A stretch of DNA of 64,000 nucleotides, from positions 64,296,001 to 64,360,000 of the forward strand of contig CM059438.1 in NCBI GenBank assembly GCA_030390025.1. Direction: 5' to 3'. Shown here piece by piece: positions 59,504 through 64,000 of this stretch; positions within the stretch are counted from its first letter, which is position 1; the number at the start of each line of letters is the position of its first letter. Made by a program: the position numbers and the translations under genes. A model generated the notes under the pieces. It made no database searches. It had not been told where the DNA came from and saw only the letters and a list, made by a program, of their open reading frames with translations. Source of the stretch: Squalus acanthias (Eukaryota).

Positions 59504-62500
59504 CGCAAAAGTAATAATATCCTTGCTACAATTTGTAACGAAAGTTGAGATGTGAGAAATGTGTCTCTGGTTGTTGGCACATAATGTCCTTGGCCCTAAT
59601 CTCCCACAATGCAGAAAAACTAGTGACAATGTAACAAAACACTGAATACAACATGCATGCACATGCAGTCCTTTAAAACTGATATCTTAAATTCTCTGAT
59701 GTTGAAATGCTGCACAACATCTTAAAGGCTTTTTTTTACGACACTTACTTCTATTTCCTTCTGTATTTTTCTATTTTCTATTCACTTGCTCACGGTGCTA
59801 TAACCATACTTAATTACAATTTTGAATCAATGCAGCTATCTCCACAGTGTAATAGAACCATTTCCAATTTAACCTTCCTCCTCTCCCACGACAAACACAG
59901 GATTATGTACAGCCCCATCTTATCACAGTGTCAGTGGTTATATCCATTAGCCCGAGTGTTGGGGCTAAATATAAGGAGGATTACTGGAAATAATCTCTAT
60001 CAAGTGCCAAGGCCTCTTCCATTTCCTAATCTTTTCGGCCCAGGCAGTGCGTCAAGAGCGTGGCAGTAACTGAAGCCACTGAGACCACTTATCACAGTTA
60101 ACATTGCTTGCCGAGGAGTTGTTATAATCCACAGAGAAGCAGCTGTTGAGTGAAGCTCCCAGTAAAATTACTCTCAAGATAGTAGTGCCAAGTCCCAATT
60201 ATTGCTCTGTGTGAGCATTTCTCGGAGAATATTCTTGCTCTTCATATATAAAGTGCAGCGTTAGCAATGCACTTCTATTAAATGTGTGACCGGGGTAGTC
60301 TTTGCAATTTGAACTTAAATGTTGAAAAATTAGATTCGAAAGATTATTTTGAAGAAGGAAACTGTTTTGAATTCAGTGTTTTGGAATATGCAAGATTATA
60401 TTTGCCTCGGTCATTGTTGTGGCAGTTTGTCTTCACTGGCAGTCAAAGCTTCACTTTCACTGCTTCGAAAATAAAAATGAACAGGCTTCCGTTCAAGGAC
60501 TTTATATGACCCAGAGCTGTTTTTTGTTTAAATCGTAGATCCTTTTATTTCAACAGCTGCTGAAAACAGTGAGTGCTGCTCTCTCTCTCTCCTCACAGGC
60601 TGAGAAGTTTTGGAAAGTTTGCCTTGAAACTTTCAAACAGAGGTCAAAGTCAGAAACTGCGCACATCTTTGAGAAAGAAAGGAGACAACTCCCATCTCTA
60701 AGTGTAAGTCAGTTCAAATCTGGTCAGCTCTGCTTTAATGAGCCGTGTGAGTATCAAGTGCAAATAGCACTTAATTTTCCGGTCTAAACCCAGTTTTTAA
60801 TTTTTGTCTCTAACCTTGTTTGCAAAATTATTCACAACTGCCAGGCACAAATGCAGGTGGCTCTAGAGCTGACACCACTGGTTGGAGAGGGAAACAGTGT
60901 ATGAGCCAAATTTAAAGGGATGGGGACAATTGAAGGGAAGTGCCACGAGGAGAGGGGGATAAAAATTCTGGAGACGATCACATAGCATATCAGCAGCCTT
61001 TGCCAAGACTGAAGGGGCAGGGGATTAAGATGTGGCGAGTCATTGACCAAGATGAAAGGAAATGGACCCTTAAACGCAGGACAATCATCTCAGCCCCTCT
61101 ATACATTACGCTGCATGGTAGCCACAGGTGTCTTTACAGCTCAACATTTGCCCAGACACTGAGCACGCAGCTTCCTGTGGTCATTCCTAGATAGGTTATC
61201 CATGCCTGGCATAAATGGCTGTCGGCATTTGGGCAAAGTACGAGCAAACAGGTAACACTGGCTCCTGATCACCCGTGAATCTCTTTTCTCAAGCAGTAAT
61301 ATGTAACGCATGACTTGCTATGATTGGGGTGCTTCTGAAGAACCTTCCAACATCAAGGCTAATCAGGCATTCACCCCTCGAAGTGATGACTCTGGTGGCG
61401 CAGTGCCCTTTGGAAAGAGGATGCCGACCAGCGAACCTTTTGCCGAAGTTAGCTCCCTCTGCAGGTGTGGGCAGGAGGGCATGCAACACCTCTCGGGCAG
61501 CCTAACCTGCCTGGCATCCCACTGCAGATAACTGCTCTTCCTCCAAGGATGTCAGCTCAGAGGATCCATATTGGCAAACCATCTGGTGCCAACAAAAGGA
61601 ACTGGGTGAAGAAATGCATAATGACAATTGGCACAAAGTCAAGACTGGCATTGAAAAGACTTTAAACAAAGAACACTTTACCTGAGGGTCTTTTGAAGGC
61701 CCTCCTGCCTGCAGGTTTGTCCCTCCCTACCAGGTTTCAATGGGGGTGCCATAGCTGGCAAATAGAACAGTGCCCTTCACCATCCAATTATTAGTATGTA
61801 AATGAAGGTTCTGCCCATTTCCTGCGGGAATGCTGTGCACCACCTATCCGCTACCTCAGGAAAATTGGGCAATCCCTGACACTGGCGATAAGTGGGTGGG
61901 ACTAAATTCGCTCCATTCCTCGACCACTGTCGCCCTGTATTCCAGTGCAAATAGGATGGTAAAGGGACCAAAAATGGCCCCATAGTGTCCTGTCACATCT
62001 GTCAGAAATGTCTCAAGGTGCTTCACTTTATGAATTACCGTGAAGTGCAATAACTATTACGATGCAGGAAAAGGCAGCCCCATACATACGCGTTAGTGGA
62101 GCTCCCGTGGCCATGCCACATTGTGTCAGAGGGTGCAGTGTTGTCCCATTCAATGTACAATGTCACCTCTGGTTTACAGTGATTGAACAAGTCAAATTGC
62201 ATTATAACAGAGTAGTAGTGATATTTTCAGGCTCCTCTATAATTTGAATATGTAATTAAAAACTGTTTGTAGTTTATTTTATTTTATCTCTAACCGTTTG
62301 TAACGCCCAGGATAGAAAGGAAGATGAGAGGGAAGATGTTGCAGGTAGATTGTATGAATTCTATGTGGTAATAAAGAAGAAAGAACTTGCATTTATATAA
62401 CACCTTGCATGACCTTAGGAAGTCCCAAAGTGCTTTACAGCCAATTAAATACTTTTGAATTGTATTCACTGTTGTAATGTAGGAAATGCACAGCAAGCTC

Positions 62501-63384
62501 CCACATACAGCAATTAGATAAATGACCAGATAATCTGTATTAGTGATGTTAGTAGAGGGATAAATGTTGGCCAGGTCTTCGAAATAGTGCCATGGGATCT
62601 TTTACATCCACCTGAGAGGGCAGACGGGGCCTCGGTTTAACACCTCATCTGAAAGACCGTAGTACTGGGAACTGGGTTTATAGGGTGTGGGACTATTGAG
62701 GGCTCCGAGAGTTACTGGGAGGGGGTTGCCCAATGTGGGAACACTAGGACGGCTGGTCATGGTATTTGGGAACTCTGGGAAAGGGGTACAAGGGTCAGGT
62801 GGAAGTGGGAGAATGGTGTCAGTATATGAGTGAATTCTTGGGAGTGGTGGGAGAGTAGACTTGGGTGGCTTTGGGATGGTGGTGGCAGTGTATGGGAGAA
62901 TTGGGAATAGGGTATTAGGTGTGGGAATATTAGGAGGGAGAACTTGGTTGGGTGGTGGCACTGAGATCATGTCATGGGGTCCCGCTGACAAATGTGCAGG
63001 TGTTTGAGTTTACTCGGGAGTGGATCAGTAATGGGAAGTGGAGGGAAAGGCATGGTTGGCATTGTGGCGAGGGGGAGGGGGGAAGCACTGAGAGGTGGCA
63101 AGCAGGGAAGGAGCAGAGGTAAGAGTGCTTGGGGTGCATTGGTGGAGAGTGAGCAGGATGTAATGGAGGAGAATTAGTTCCATTCACTCACAAGAAGTGT
63201 AGAAAAGCAGTAATCTGGGCATATTATTATTACTTACAATAGTTACTGCCGAGTATTTTAATCAATACCAGTTTCTCCAGGTCATTGATGGGGACCCCTT
63301 TTAAGAAATTACTCCCTCCCCGTGGCACTGCCAATCGCCAAGCCCTCCCCAGAGCTTCAATCCCAGGTGCCCTGACCTTTTTTT

Positions 63385-63805
63385 TCATTCATGGGATGTG
63401 GTGGTCACTGGCAAGGCTAGCATTTATTGCCCATCCCTAATTGTCCTTGAGAAGGTGGTGGTGAGCAGCCTTCTTGAACTGCTGCAGTCCGTGTGGTGAA
63501 GGTAGTCCCACAGCGCTGTTAGGGAGGGAGTTCCAGGATTTTGACCCAGTGATGATGAAGGATCGGCGATATACTTCCAAGTCAGGATGGTGTGTGACTT
63601 GAAGTGGAACTTGGAGATGGTGGTGTTCTCATGTGCCTGCTGCCCTTGTCCTTCTAGGTGGTGGAGGTCGCGGGTTTGGGAGGTGTTGTCGAAGAAACCT
63701 TGGCGATTTACCGCAGTGCATCTTGTAGATGGTACACACCGCAGCCACGGTGCGCCGGTGGTGGAGGGAGTGAATGTTTGAGGTGGTGGATGGGGTGCCA
63801 ATCAA
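63385..63805 (-). mobile_element. 3' end of a LINE (related tail at ~20800..20905)
   Basis: Minus-strand LHHRRTVAAVCTIYKMHC-like ORF2 C-terminus; 3' UTR shared with the 20800 copy. Confidence 0.65.
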
Positions 63806-64000
63806 GACCTTGAATCACGAAGGCTTTGGGAAATACAACTAAATATTTCAAGTGCTTTCAATACTTTTAAAATTATTAATTATTTTAAACATGCTGAACG
63901 CACACAGCGACTCTCCCTTTTTATTGTTCCTATCCCCTAATTTCACCAACTCAATAATTCTATACCCAATTCTTCCACACCCATGGCCAGGAACGAGACT

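Noticed and set aside
62660..63180. Pro-rich ORFs on the minus strand
   Set aside because: They come from G-rich low-complexity DNA with no splice or domain support.

Overview
Repeat-dense eukaryotic DNA with no host protein-coding gene that I can confidently recognise. The repeat landscape (CR1 and L2 LINEs, tRNA-derived SINEs, Penelope-like fragments, PIF/Harbinger transposons and MITEs) suggests a cartilaginous fish; this is an inference. The main feature is a very young, structurally complete 9.36-kb LTR retroelement at 40487..49842. It has two ~1.65-kb near-identical LTRs, a 4-bp ACTG target-site duplication (TSD), an 18-nt tRNA-Arg(TCG) primer-binding site, an uninterrupted gag (CCHC knuckle, overlapping PSAP/PPxY late domain) and an uninterrupted env-like gene. 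The env has an Ig-like domain in front of a furin-cleaved, F-protein-type fusion module. No pol is visible. Where pol should be, in frame behind a UGA-CUAG plus stem-loop readthrough-type signal, there is an unknown coiled-coil/acidic ORF. The rest of the window holds a degenerate full-length Harbinger (Myb/SANT gene plus DDE transposase), a deletion derivative of the same type, several MITEs with 3-bp TSDs, Penelope-like inserts with minimal hammerhead motifs, nested CR1/L2/SINE fragments and two minisatellites. Boundaries of old repeats are approximate.
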